64,000 nucleotides of DNA. It comes from a virus. Taxonomy: Duplodnaviria; Caudoviricetes. A program made the translations under genes and the position numbers. Position 1 is the stretch's first letter, and the number at the start of each line of letters is the position of its first letter. Shown here piece by piece: positions 1-8,825 of this stretch. Location of the stretch: IMG/VR virus record IMGVR_UViG_3300033076_001139, positions 64,001 to 128,000 of that record. One strand, given 5' to 3'. The notes beneath the pieces are model-generated. The model worked only from the letters and a program-made list of their open reading frames with translations, was not told the origin of the DNA and searched no databases.

Positions 1-1
1 A

Positions 2-460
2 CTGCACGGTGGCGGAGACGAGTGTCTCTTTATCTGCCGTCGTCAGCGTGGCGCAGGCGGCAAGCCGTTTGACGTCATGGGCAAGGAAGTGAAGTCGCCC
101 ATGGGCTGCGGCGGGTTCATCACAGGCGATCTGGTATCCGAGGAGGGAACCATGATTTGTCCTCACTGCCTGCTTCCCCACAAGAGCACGGAGGTTGGAG
201 ACAGCGTGTTCTTCCGGCTCCCAGTAGATAAAGCAGCAGCCGTACTTGAGCAGTGGTGGTACAAGTTGGGCGGGGACGCGGACGTGTACATGAAGTACTC
301 GCCGTTTGATGTACGCGTGAAGATGATGCAGGATGCCTACGGGGTGCGTAAAGCCCGAGAGCTGAAGGGCATGACGATCTACCCCCTTGAGAACATCCTC
401 AAGGACACGGCAACTGGTGCATCTGTCCAATCTCGGTTCCGCGCGCTAATATTGGCGTGA
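2..460 (+). CDS. 5'-truncated hypothetical protein with Cys motifs (LHGGGD...C...GCG...CPHC)
   Basis: The frame of ORF 77..460 is open back to base 2 (LHGGGDECLFICRR...), so the gene starts before the window. Confidence 0.7.
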   Translation: MHGGGDECLFICRRQRGAGGKPFDVMGKEVKSPMGCGGFITGDLVSEEGTMICPHCLLPHKSTEVGDSVFFRLPVDKAAAVLEQWWYKLGGDADVYMKYSPFDVRVKMMQDAYGVRKARELKGMTIYPLENILKDTATGASVQSRFRALILA

Positions 461-472
461 CCTGAGGCCGTC

Positions 473-706
473 ATGCAGAAGATCGCGAAGCCGGGCGAGG
501 CACCTAACTATCGCCCGGCAGAGAACTCAAACGCCAGTTGCCAGACTTGCTTCTACTTCGGCAAGTACAACAACGGATCTGGGTACTGCAACCAGTACAA
601 GTTCTCCGCGCGTGAGGCCTTTACGTGTGATGGCTTTACTCCTTCGGCGCAAAAATCGGCGTCTGTTGCAGATAGCGGGCCGTTCCTAAAGGGGCGGTAC
701 TCATGA
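473..706 (+). CDS. Small 4-Cys protein, HiPIP-like Fe-S/metal-binding domain
   Basis: NYR...CQTCFYF...GYC...FTCDGF matches HiPIP-type Cys spacing. GAGG RBS upstream. ATGA overlap with the next gene. Confidence 0.55.
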   Translation: MQKIAKPGEAPNYRPAENSNASCQTCFYFGKYNNGSGYCNQYKFSAREAFTCDGFTPSAQKSASVADSGPFLKGRYS

Positions 707-1128
707 GCCCCGAGGTTCTTTCCGCGTTTGCACGCGAGATAGTCAAGGTTGCGGCGTTGTCCGGTTCCAAAGAGGACATCAGCTCGGGCCGAAAGGTCGA
801 TGCCTTCTTCCTTTCTGCGGAACCTAAAAAGAAGTGGGACGAGTTCAAAGAGAACGTTGCACGACGCTCCTTCGTCCAGAAGGTGCTGGCGGACCCCCGC
901 ACAGACCAGAAGCTCCTCGTACACGCGGACTCCATGAACCGCCTTGCCACTGGGCAGCGTCTTGGCATGGTTCCGGGAGCTAACGGCGAGACCTACGAGA
1001 TCAAGCGGCTACGGGGGTCCAGCGAGCTGGGCTGTACCTGCGCGGACTGGCGCTACAAGAAGTCAGTTGCCCCTGCGGGACAGCGCGAGTGCAAGCACAT
1101 CCGCATGTTCCAGGGTGGTAAAAATTGA
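703..1128 (+). CDS. SWIM zinc-finger protein with N-terminal K-x-A leader
   Basis: YEIK...GCTCADW...ECKHI is the SWIM CxC-xn-CxH motif. Confidence 0.8.
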   Translation: MSPEVLSAFAREIVKVAALSGSKEDISSGRKVDAFFLSAEPKKKWDEFKENVARRSFVQKVLADPRTDQKLLVHADSMNRLATGQRLGMVPGANGETYEIKRLRGSSELGCTCADWRYKKSVAPAGQRECKHIRMFQGGKN

Positions 1129-1285
1129 CTCCCTGCTTGGACGGTTCACCGCTTCTCCCAGGGAGGCTCCTACTTCCCTCTCGGTTCGTGGGCCAGCCAT
1201 CCTCCCTCAACACGAGGTGAGTGGTTTTCTGAGCATAGACTTTATAACTGTTTTTCGTTTCTTTTAGTCCCAAGAGGAAGGACAC

Positions 1286-1543
1286 ATGAGCAAGACTGTT
1301 GGCGAGGTTCTACAGGAGGTACGCGAGCTGAAGGAGCGGGCGACGGTGCATCAGGCACTCGCGAGCTACCTGCGGACGTACTACATGGGTCGGGACTCTG
1401 GGAAGTCGCAGAAGCAGCTCAGCTGCGAAGCGGCCCCAGTTGCCGAGCGGGTGATCGAAGAGATCGCCTGTGAACTTGAGGAGACTGCCAAGGAGGCAGT
1501 CTCTATCGCTAACAGCACACTCTCGGAGAAGTATGATGGGTAG
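1286..1543 (+). CDS. Hypothetical helical protein
   Basis: GAGGAAGG RBS upstream; 85-aa ORF overlapping the next start. Confidence 0.7.
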   Translation: MSKTVGEVLQEVRELKERATVHQALASYLRTYYMGRDSGKSQKQLSCEAAPVAERVIEEIACELEETAKEAVSIANSTLSEKYDG

Positions 1544-1967
1544 CCCCACGCGCAGCGCACGCAACCTTGCCGCCTCTGCCACTGAAGTCGCAAATCAGGC
1601 TGTTGAGGTCACCAAGGACAACCAGTTCCTGCTGACGCAAGTACTTGATGAAATGTCCAAGCTGACCGAGGCCATCGACATCATCTGGGCGCAGCAGGAG
1701 GCTATGCGTGGGGCAATGGAGGCGATGGATACCACGCTTGCCGCCCTCAAGCAGACGGTGCTTCGCTCGGGTAACGCTGCCAGCGCGCAGTTCGATGAGG
1801 CGGAACGTTCTTTTGCAGAGAAGAAGGCTAAGCTTCGCGCCGCGCGAGAAGTTGCGCTTCAGCAGGCAGAACTTGCAAATACCCCCGCACCGGTAGAGAA
1901 TAAGCCCTCACCGGTTTCCCCTGGTAGCTCCAGCTACCCATCAGAAGCTTTTGTTTTCGGAGGCTAG
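1536..1967 (+). CDS. Hypothetical coiled-coil protein (start 1533 or 1536)
   Basis: Heptad-rich sequence, Pro/Ser-rich tail ending AFVFGG; start overlaps the upstream stop. Confidence 0.7.
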   Translation: MGSPTRSARNLAASATEVANQAVEVTKDNQFLLTQVLDEMSKLTEAIDIIWAQQEAMRGAMEAMDTTLAALKQTVLRSGNAASAQFDEAERSFAEKKAKLRAAREVALQQAELANTPAPVENKPSPVSPGSSSYPSEAFVFGG

Positions 1968-1968
1968 C

Positions 1969-2517
1969 ATGCCCAACCAAGAAGCCCTCGTAGCCCACGC
2001 CGACCTGGCCCTAGACTTCCTAGGACATATGCGAATGATGCACCTCTGGTTCCACGGGGCGCATCACCTAGTTAGCGGGGTGTCTTTTTCGGGAGATCAC
2101 GTAAACCTGTTCGGAACGATCTACACAGAGATCGAGGAGCAGATCGACGGGGCCATCGAGAAGTTCGTAGGGCTGATTGGCGAGGACATGGGCGACCCGC
2201 TCGCAATCACCTCCAAGGCCCTTGAGGCCATGCAGGGGTACCAGTCTCCGGCGCACCGTAGCGCAACGGCGATTGCCCTGACTGGTCTTCAGATTGAGAA
2301 GGACTTCCTCAACCTGTGCGAAGAGATGTACGCTGTCCTCAAGCAGAACGACGCCATGACGCTGGGGCTGGACGACTTCATTATGACGACGGCCAGCGCA
2401 CACGAGACGTTCGTCTACCTGCTACAGCAGCGTGTTCGCGAGGCGATGCAGCAGCAGGCACAGACGCAGGGGATGGCCCCGCAGCCTGCTGCAATTCCGG
2501 CCATCCCCGGCCACTAG
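1969..2517 (+). CDS. Ferritin/Dps-like four-helix-bundle protein
   Basis: HxxHxxVxG-x-F-xx-H-xLF-xxxY-xxxxxQID-xxxE is the Dps ferroxidase pattern. GGAGG RBS before ATG 1969. Confidence 0.8.
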   Translation: MPNQEALVAHADLALDFLGHMRMMHLWFHGAHHLVSGVSFSGDHVNLFGTIYTEIEEQIDGAIEKFVGLIGEDMGDPLAITSKALEAMQGYQSPAHRSATAIALTGLQIEKDFLNLCEEMYAVLKQNDAMTLGLDDFIMTTASAHETFVYLLQQRVREAMQQQAQTQGMAPQPAAIPAIPGH

Positions 2518-2528
2518 TGGGTTATACT

Positions 2529-2575
2529 GACTACGGCGGGGGACTCCCTCCATGAAAGTCCTGCCGTAGTCTTTT
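2529..2575 (+). terminator. Intrinsic terminator-like hairpin after the Dps-like gene
   Basis: GACTACGGCG..GGACT pairs with AGTCC.TGCCGTAGTC, followed by TTTT. Confidence 0.6.
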
Positions 2576-2681
2576 CCCCCGCCCGCTTGGTCGTTCGCGA
2601 TGCATCATGAGAGACGCAGTAGGCTAGGCCCGCTCTGAGCCAAAATCAGCACCTGTTGGAAGGAGCTGTGCAGAGCTAAAT

Positions 2682-2713
2682 AAATGCCGCCGAGGAGCAC
2701 CTCGGCGGCATTT
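2682..2713. terminator. Bidirectional terminator at the ligase 3' end
   Basis: Perfect 14-bp inverted repeat AAATGCCGCCGAGG-agca-CCTCGGCGGCATTT with A/T tracts on both sides. Confidence 0.85.
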
Positions 2714-2715
2714 CT

Positions 2716-4065
2716 TCATAGGCGCGGGTTCACACACTCCGACACGTGCTTGTCTGTCCGCACGCAGAGGAAGCGTGGGAACCGCAGAGCATTGGTGTCT
2801 CCGCCCTCGGAGATGTACGTTCGGGAGTCGTACTCTACCACGAACACCGCAGGGTAGATGTCCTCGTTACTGAGGGCGCGCAGGTCTGCCTCAGTAAAGC
2901 CGTTACCAACTTCGCTGATGGGCACGAGCGTTCCGTTGTTGTCCAGTTGGTAGAGCTGAACGCTACCGACCAGCTTCTGGTACTTGCCCGTCCCGTAGCT
3001 GCCCTCTCCCTGCCCTGGATGCCAGACGGCGATGAAGTCGTCGCTGAACGTCGGCTTCAGCTTGCCACAAGCCGTACCTGGACGATCCACCTTGCCGCGC
3101 AGGTTGAAGGCCTTGTCGCCGTAAACCCCGTTCGGGTCTACAACGACAAACCCCTCCCACCCGTTCTCGTACGCAGTAGCCGCAACGCAGTTCCAAACAC
3201 GGCCTTTTGTTGCGTTGTACGTGGGAGACTCCTTGGGATCCTCGCACTCAAGGAAGTCGCCCGACGCAAGAACCTCAACCGGCAGGAGAGCGTTGCTGTC
3301 TAGGTTCACCAGCTCAAAGATCAGGTCGTACCGGTCTCTCACTGGACGCGTGCGGCACATGGGCTCTCCGCCAAAGAACGCAATGTCCCAGACATAGAAC
3401 TGGAGAAAGCCCTGCTCTTGCTGAAGGGCCAAGGACTTCTCAGAGAGGGACTTCACGACGCGCGAGACGTACTTGAAGTCATCCTTCTCGGAAGGCGGAA
3501 CCATCTCGCCAAGAAGGATAGTGCGCGGCGGGAGATCCATGTTGGCGATCTCCGCTGCCACTCCAGGGTACCGAACTTCCCAAGGGACGCCCGGTTCCTT
3601 GTCGTGACAACGGAGCATCGTGCGCGAGTAGGCCTGTACCTGCCCCTCGTCGTTCACGACCCAAACCATCATGTCTCCGTCGCGCTTGCGCGCTAGGAAG
3701 GCATCGCCCTTCTCAAGCAGCTTCTCCAGCTTTGCCGACAGGTCGTTGTCCGGTTTGTAGAATCGCAGGGACTCGGGGAGGATGTCCCACGTGAACTCCT
3801 CAGCCCGCTGCGCGGACGGAGGCAGGTAGCCTTCCCGCGTTTTCAGTTCGATCTGCCGTTCGACCATGTCCTGCGCCACCAGCTCGGGAGAGCGGTAGTT
3901 GGACTTGCCCACGTTGACGGCAATTGCCGTGTCCACGACGCGCTGGAACTTACCGCCCAGTTCTCCAAACTCGGTGATTACCTGATCACCGTCTGCGCCA
4001 ATCCGCCAGACGCGCACCTTGCCTGTGCGCGAAATGTTATGCAGTTCCGTCATCGGAGGGTTCAT
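2716..4065 (-). CDS. lig: ATP-dependent DNA ligase with WGR-like N-terminal domain (start 4065 or 4053)
   Basis: Motifs KRDG (I), GEM (III), FYVWD (IIIa), EGFVV (IV), KLKP (V), LRFPRF..RTDK (VI). Confidence 0.93.
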   Translation of the reverse strand: MNPPMTELHNISRTGKVRVWRIGADGDQVITEFGELGGKFQRVVDTAIAVNVGKSNYRSPELVAQDMVERQIELKTREGYLPPSAQRAEEFTWDILPESLRFYKPDNDLSAKLEKLLEKGDAFLARKRDGDMMVWVVNDEGQVQAYSRTMLRCHDKEPGVPWEVRYPGVAAEIANMDLPPRTILLGEMVPPSEKDDFKYVSRVVKSLSEKSLALQQEQGFLQFYVWDIAFFGGEPMCRTRPVRDRYDLIFELVNLDSNALLPVEVLASGDFLECEDPKESPTYNATKGRVWNCVAATAYENGWEGFVVVDPNGVYGDKAFNLRGKVDRPGTACGKLKPTFSDDFIAVWHPGQGEGSYGTGKYQKLVGSVQLYQLDNNGTLVPISEVGNGFTEADLRALSNEDIYPAVFVVEYDSRTYISEGGDTNALRFPRFLCVRTDKHVSECVNPRL

Positions 4066-4276
4066 GCTGATTATCCGTGGTGTTGATGGTGCGCACAAAA
4101 ACAGTCTTCAGAAGGACATTGAGCAGGAGATCGAGGCCTTCGACGCCGCGTTTACGAAGCTTGGAAACGCGCCGTTGGTTCGATCAGAAAAGGCCTTGAT
4201 CCGGACTTTCCTGGTTGCCCGGCTGACAGGGCGCGTATCTTCTCCCCAAGAGGATTCGAAAACATCCGGTCAATGA
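4064..4276 (+). CDS. Small helical hypothetical protein, antisense to both neighbours
   Basis: GGAGG just before ATG 4064. Protein-like amphipathic sequence EIEAFDAAFTKLGNAPLVRSEKALIRTFL. Confidence 0.45.
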   Translation: MLIIRGVDGAHKNSLQKDIEQEIEAFDAAFTKLGNAPLVRSEKALIRTFLVARLTGRVSSPQEDSKTSGQ

Positions 4277-4646
4277 GGCTGGGCGTGTCCGGAGGCATGT
4301 CCCACTTCTCTGGGCTGAGGACGACGATGGGGAGCGGAAGATTAGGGAAGTTTTCTGGATTGTCCTCATAACCCAGCATTTCTTCCTTGAGTCCACGCAG
4401 CGCCTTTCCTTCCTCGTTTACGTGCCACGCTAGGGCAGTGACGATGTAGCCCTCTCGCTTGCTCTTGAAGCGGAAACAAAGGGCACGGATTTCGTCACCG
4501 TCTACTTCAACGTCTGCAAAACAGAAGTAGCCACGGTGGCCCTGCGTCGAGGGTCCGTAGCCGCAACGCCCGCACTGGTAGACACCAGGGGCGATCTGTG
4601 CCGTGTCGTAACGGCAGATAGGGCAGAAGAGAACGAGCTTATCCAT
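4152..4646 (-). CDS. Zinc-ribbon hypothetical protein
   Basis: CPIC...CGRCG at the N-terminus. GGAGG RBS before ATG 4646. Confidence 0.7.
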   Translation of the reverse strand: MDKLVLFCPICRYDTAQIAPGVYQCGRCGYGPSTQGHRGYFCFADVEVDGDEIRALCFRFKSKREGYIVTALAWHVNEEGKALRGLKEEMLGYEDNPENFPNLPLPIVVLSPEKWDMPPDTPSLIDRMFSNPLGEKIRALSAGQPGKSGSRPFLIEPTARFQAS

Positions 4647-4661
4647 CTGAGCCTCCGCACT

Positions 4662-4689
4662 CTTATGGCTAATAAAGAACAAGTCTTTG
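4662..4689 (-). promoter_or_regulatory. Putative sigma28-like promoter CAAA-N15-AGCCATAAG
   Basis: Same architecture as the sites at 5233 and 58667; ends 15 nt before the start codon. Confidence 0.55.
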
Positions 4690-4718
4690 CGCGCAAGGCG
4701 CAAGACAGCGCCCGAGCC

Positions 4719-5210
4719 TTACAGCCCGAGCACCGCCTTGCGCCTATCCGTCCACTGCATGATCCTCCGCAGGACAAGCGCATACTCGCGCTTGTCCTCC
4801 TTGTTCAGGAGGGCCTGGAGAATTCTCTCCTCGCCCTCCGTGAGGATTGCGGGCTGCTCCTTGGGGAGCGGAAATGCCTCCTCGGTCCGAAGGCGGGAGG
4901 CGGGGCCTACGGGGGCCCCAGCCTTCCCACCCATCTGGGCGATCGTTAGTGGCCAGTCAACGGCGTCAAGCACGCCGTTGACAAACTCGTCCTCCTCCTC
5001 TGTGGCGGGAGTTGTGAGGATGCCGATGATTAGCGCCGCGTCGCGGCGTAGTTTCTCGGAAGCCTCCTCCTTGCGGAGGTGCTGCCGGCAGGCCTCCAGG
5101 CCCGGAGTGACGGCCGCCGCTGCGGCGCGAGGGGCGACAACCCCCGACATGAAGGCCGTGGGGATGGCAGCGCACAGGCTGCCAAAGATAGCAAGGCTGA
5201 TCGGGTCCAT
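4719..5210 (-). CDS. Hypothetical protein with N-terminal hydrophobic anchor
   Basis: AAGGAG RBS before ATG 5210; MDPISLAIFGSLCAAIPTAFMSGVV is hydrophobic. Confidence 0.7.
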   Translation of the reverse strand: MDPISLAIFGSLCAAIPTAFMSGVVAPRAAAAAVTPGLEACRQHLRKEEASEKLRRDAALIIGILTTPATEEEDEFVNGVLDAVDWPLTIAQMGGKAGAPVGPASRLRTEEAFPLPKEQPAILTEGEERILQALLNKEDKREYALVLRRIMQWTDRRKAVLGL

Positions 5211-5232
5211 GAGATACTCCTTTCTCATGTAT

Positions 5233-5260
5233 CTTATGACCGATTTTGCCCTTCCTTTTA
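5233..5260 (-). promoter_or_regulatory. Putative sigma28-like promoter TAAA-N15-GGTCATAAG
   Basis: Spacing matches the FliA consensus TAAA-N15-GCCGATAA; intergenic. Confidence 0.6.
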
Positions 5261-5274
5261 GACTCTGCTATGGT
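5246..5274 (+). promoter_or_regulatory. Putative sigma70-like promoter TTGCCC-N17-TATGGT with extended -10 TGn
   Basis: Ends 8 nt before ATG 5283, which has no SD sequence. Confidence 0.5.
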
Positions 5275-5282
5275 GGGTGCGC

Positions 5283-8200
5283 ATGATCACGTCCCAAGAA
5301 ATCAACGCGATGATCTCCATGCAGCAGCAACAAGCGGGCTACATGGGGGGCGTCCCCATGGCTGTCCCGATGTCTGGGGCGTCACAATACCCGCCGCAGT
5401 TTAATTATGCCCCACGCCCAATGGGTGCCGCGCAGCTAGGACAGGCCGCAGCGGGCGGCCTTATGAATTCTTTTGGACCAACTGCCGGCGGCATGACCAA
5501 CATGGCCATGAACATCGGCATGGCTGCCGGTGTCGGTGGATGGGCAGCCAATAAAATGGGATTTGCGGGTGCAGGAAACGCGCTAGGTTCCTTGGCGGGT
5601 AATCGATTCCTGACAGGAGTGAGTAACCTAAATCCCATGAACGCAGCGTTCAGTGGGGCGTGGGGCGCAGGAGAGGCAGCAGTTGCTAGTGGTGGCTGGG
5701 GAAGTCTCCTTACTGGGGCAGGTGCCCGGTCTATCGCATTAGGCGCAGCCGAGGGAATTTTAGCCAGTCCGGCCGCTATGATTGGTATTGCAGCAGCACC
5801 AATTGCCATAGGGATGCACCGAGGAGCGCAGCAGTACAGCCAGACCGCCTCGATGCTGGGTGCGTACAATCAGTTTGCAAATCCGTTTGCATCGACAGGG
5901 CGTGGGTTCTCCGAGAACCAGATGTCCTCGATTGTCTCGGGAATGCGCGCGTTACAGGCAAACGACCCGTTCTTGTCTATGCGAGACATGCAGCAGGCAA
6001 TGTCCCGTTTTAACGAAATGGGCATGAATCAGGGGGAACGTGACGCAGAGCAGGTGATGAAGAAATTCACCGCCATGACCAAGAGCATGCAGGCCATGTC
6101 CAAGATGATGGGCACGACCATGGATGAGGCGTCTAAGGTATTTGCCCAGATGCGCGGAGTTGGGTTCTACAGCGGCGCAGACGTCATGCAGAACACCCTG
6201 CTGGGCGGTACGATGCGCGGCCAGGGTATCTCAGGGAATACCATGCTTGGGGCGCAGGCCGCAGGCGGCGGAATTTCGCGTGCAGGAGGTCTCGGTACTA
6301 CGCCAGGAGCCAAGTCCGTTGGTGGGGTCATGGCGATGCTCACCGGAGGTAGGGGAGTTGGTGCCCTGACAAATGAAGAGATGATGAACATCACCGGAGC
6401 TGCTACCCCGGATCAGGCTATCGCACAGCTCAGTACCACGATGGCTGGTAGCCTTACGGGGTTCTACACGCAGACGGGAGTTGGGCAGGCAATGCTCGCT
6501 GCCCTCGGGGAGACCAACGCGCGCGGAGAGTTTACAGGTGGGCTAGACAGCGAGGCGATAGAGGGGCTTCGTACCGGCCGTATCGATATCAACAATCTTG
6601 TGTCTAAGGGACGCGGTAAGGTCTCGACTCGTAATGCCGCCCTTTCCTTCAAGACGCGCGGGCAGGACGTGGCTGGTGCCCTGATCTCGGAGGGAGATCC
6701 CACGGCCGCAATTGGTGCAATTATGCAGAGCGTGGCCGGTGACAAGTTCAGGGACATGGACCCCGAGAACCTCGTCACGCTTCTCACCGAACGTATTCAG
6801 GGTCTAGGCCGCAAAGAGGCCGAGGCCATGACGAAGCTCTACCGAGAAGGGGAGAAGATCCGGCGCGAGTCCCAGCAGCAAATACGTGCCGAAATGCAAG
6901 CAGGTATATTCTCTACTGACATCAGGGAGTACCACTCTCTTGAGGGGTACAAACGTAGAGTGCTCGGCGGGCTTTCTGATCGCTTCACCCCTATATTAGA
7001 GGCCGGACAAGCCCTATCTGTGATGGGCGGCCGGATGACAGAGCGGGCTTCGGATGCCATCTTCGGAGTCACACGCGTGCGCACCGGAAATGACGTTGTG
7101 GACGCTAGACTAGAGAGACTGTCCGAGGGCAGGTTTGACGAAAGCGCAACCGGGGCCGTGGACAAGGGAATGGCCGATACCACGCTTAGTGGTTTGCTGC
7201 GGAGAAGGGACTACGTAGGCGCAACCGCAGAATTTAATAAGACAGACTCACGAGTCCGCGCAGGGAAAAACCTCAATGACCTGTTTGGGAGTCCAGACGC
7301 GGCCGGGAGACAGGTAGTTGCCGGGTCTCTGGGAATGAAGCTTATCAATTATAGTTCTGATATCCGCGCCGGTAAGAGTGCTGCGGACATTGTCCGGGGA
7401 ATGCGGCTAGAAGTTCCAGAGGCAGGAGGTATTGACCAGCTGCTCGGCAGTACAGATACGCTTTCTATTGAGGAGTACCTAGCCGGCGGCGCCGATACCC
7501 TTGGGGGTACCTCGGCGGAGCGACGACAAGCACTAGTAGACGAAGCTATGAGCCTTGGGCGCCCAGAGGTGGCCGCTCTTATTGCCGACATGGGAGTAGG
7601 CAACACAAGGTCGCTGGAGCAAATTAAGTCCTCAGGTACGGATATCCTCAATAAATATGGGTACGTAAACTCGTATACCGCTCGTTCCGGCTACGACAAA
7701 TTGATGGAGTCCGAGAGCCTCGGTGCCGCAGGACGCCTGGGCAAGGCAGGCGTAGACCTAAGTTCCTTCTACAAGATGACGCAGGAAGCTTATGGCGGTG
7801 CCGGCGTAACAAACCAGAGTCAGGGTTACGGCCGTCTGTTGGACGCACTCAGGGCCAAGGGCGTTGATGTGGCGGGTATGACAAAGACCCAACTAGACGC
7901 GCTCATGGAGGTAGCACAGGATACCGGTGCTGGACTCGGGGAAAGCCTAACTGCCGCAGACCTAATGTCGCTGGGCGAGGGGGCAAGTGCCGCGCAGTCT
8001 CAGATGGATCTGGCAAATCTGACCGCAATGGCAACCGCAGCGTCAGAAAGTGCGTACGAAGGCATATCAAACGCGGCCGGAGCAGACGAACTGGCGGCCC
8101 TTGCGGGTTCTAGTACGGAGACTGACGTAGCCAAGAACACGTCGGCCCTGCTTGATACGCTAGAGAAGGCTATTGGGTCCGGCGACCTTACGCTGGGTGA

Positions 8201-8612
8201 CATAGGAAAAGAAGGGTCACGCTACGGTGCCTTCGGAAAGACATTAGCCCAGCTTTTACAGACTCGAAAGTCTATAGCCGCTGTCGGAGCTGGGGAGGTA
8301 TCCGATGCGGATAGAAAGGCATTGCTCGGTATGGGGTTCAGCGAGAAGTACATCAGCAGCCTCGGTACCGACATAGATGGCGGGGAACTCGTAAAGCTAC
8401 AAACAGGTGCAGAGCAGCGGAGGCTCGCGGAGCTTACCGGCGGGGGCACAGCGGGAGCATTTACCGACACAACGCAGGCAGAGGCAGTCAAGTACTACGA
8501 CAGCCTTGCAAAGAGCGTCGTTGTTGTAAATGACCAAGTCCTGCGGATGCAGGACCGCGAACAGGCCTACCAAGCGCAGCGCGCAGCCGCACCCCTCAAG
8601 CCGGAGGAATAA
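5283..8612 (+). CDS. Tape-measure-like protein
   Basis: About 1110 aa, Gly/Ala/Met-rich and helical with hydrophobic GxxxG segments; first gene of the tail block. Confidence 0.7.
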   Translation: MITSQEINAMISMQQQQAGYMGGVPMAVPMSGASQYPPQFNYAPRPMGAAQLGQAAAGGLMNSFGPTAGGMTNMAMNIGMAAGVGGWAANKMGFAGAGNALGSLAGNRFLTGVSNLNPMNAAFSGAWGAGEAAVASGGWGSLLTGAGARSIALGAAEGILASPAAMIGIAAAPIAIGMHRGAQQYSQTASMLGAYNQFANPFASTGRGFSENQMSSIVSGMRALQANDPFLSMRDMQQAMSRFNEMGMNQGERDAEQVMKKFTAMTKSMQAMSKMMGTTMDEASKVFAQMRGVGFYSGADVMQNTLLGGTMRGQGISGNTMLGAQAAGGGISRAGGLGTTPGAKSVGGVMAMLTGGRGVGALTNEEMMNITGAATPDQAIAQLSTTMAGSLTGFYTQTGVGQAMLAALGETNARGEFTGGLDSEAIEGLRTGRIDINNLVSKGRGKVSTRNAALSFKTRGQDVAGALISEGDPTAAIGAIMQSVAGDKFRDMDPENLVTLLTERIQGLGRKEAEAMTKLYREGEKIRRESQQQIRAEMQAGIFSTDIREYHSLEGYKRRVLGGLSDRFTPILEAGQALSVMGGRMTERASDAIFGVTRVRTGNDVVDARLERLSEGRFDESATGAVDKGMADTTLSGLLRRRDYVGATAEFNKTDSRVRAGKNLNDLFGSPDAAGRQVVAGSLGMKLINYSSDIRAGKSAADIVRGMRLEVPEAGGIDQLLGSTDTLSIEEYLAGGADTLGGTSAERRQALVDEAMSLGRPEVAALIADMGVGNTRSLEQIKSSGTDILNKYGYVNSYTARSGYDKLMESESLGAAGRLGKAGVDLSSFYKMTQEAYGGAGVTNQSQGYGRLLDALRAKGVDVAGMTKTQLDALMEVAQDTGAGLGESLTAADLMSLGEGASAAQSQMDLANLTAMATAASESAYEGISNAAGADELAALAGSSTETDVAKNTSALLDTLEKAIGSGDLTLGDIGKEGSRYGAFGKTLAQLLQTRKSIAAVGAGEVSDADRKALLGMGFSEKYISSLGTDIDGGELVKLQTGAEQRRLAELTGGGTAGAFTDTTQAEAVKYYDSLAKSVVVVNDQVLRMQDREQAYQAQRAAAPLKPEE

Positions 8613-8615
8613 TCT

Positions 8616-8816
8616 ATGAGGTCCCGCGTAGTTTCTGAGGAGGTCACGAACGTAACGGGTGTACGCGTGACTACCGCCGTAGTTACGTACCCAACGGCAG
8701 AAGACGTACTGGGTGTGTTGTCCAGAGCCGTAGCCCGCGAAAAACAAACAGCGCAGTATGCGTACGTATCCCCCTCAAAAGGCGTACGGGACTCTATATT
8801 TAGATTTTCCGAATAG
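8616..8816 (+). CDS. Small hypothetical protein
   Basis: Fills the gap between two large co-oriented genes; GGAGG upstream. Confidence 0.55.
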   Translation: MRSRVVSEEVTNVTGVRVTTAVVTYPTAEDVLGVLSRAVAREKQTAQYAYVSPSKGVRDSIFRFSE

Positions 8817-8825
8817 GAGGCGTGT

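Noticed and set aside
703-753. The 17-aa leader as a secretion signal or double-glycine RiPP leader
   Set aside because: It has no hydrophobic core or GG/GA site, and no peptidase-transporter or modifying enzymes are in the window.
1129-1267. Possible RNA structure (CTCCCTG/CAGGGAG) and a leftward TAAA-N13-AGTTATAA promoter-like site
   Set aside because: The spacer is 2 nt short and only a 9-codon ORF follows; the stems are short.
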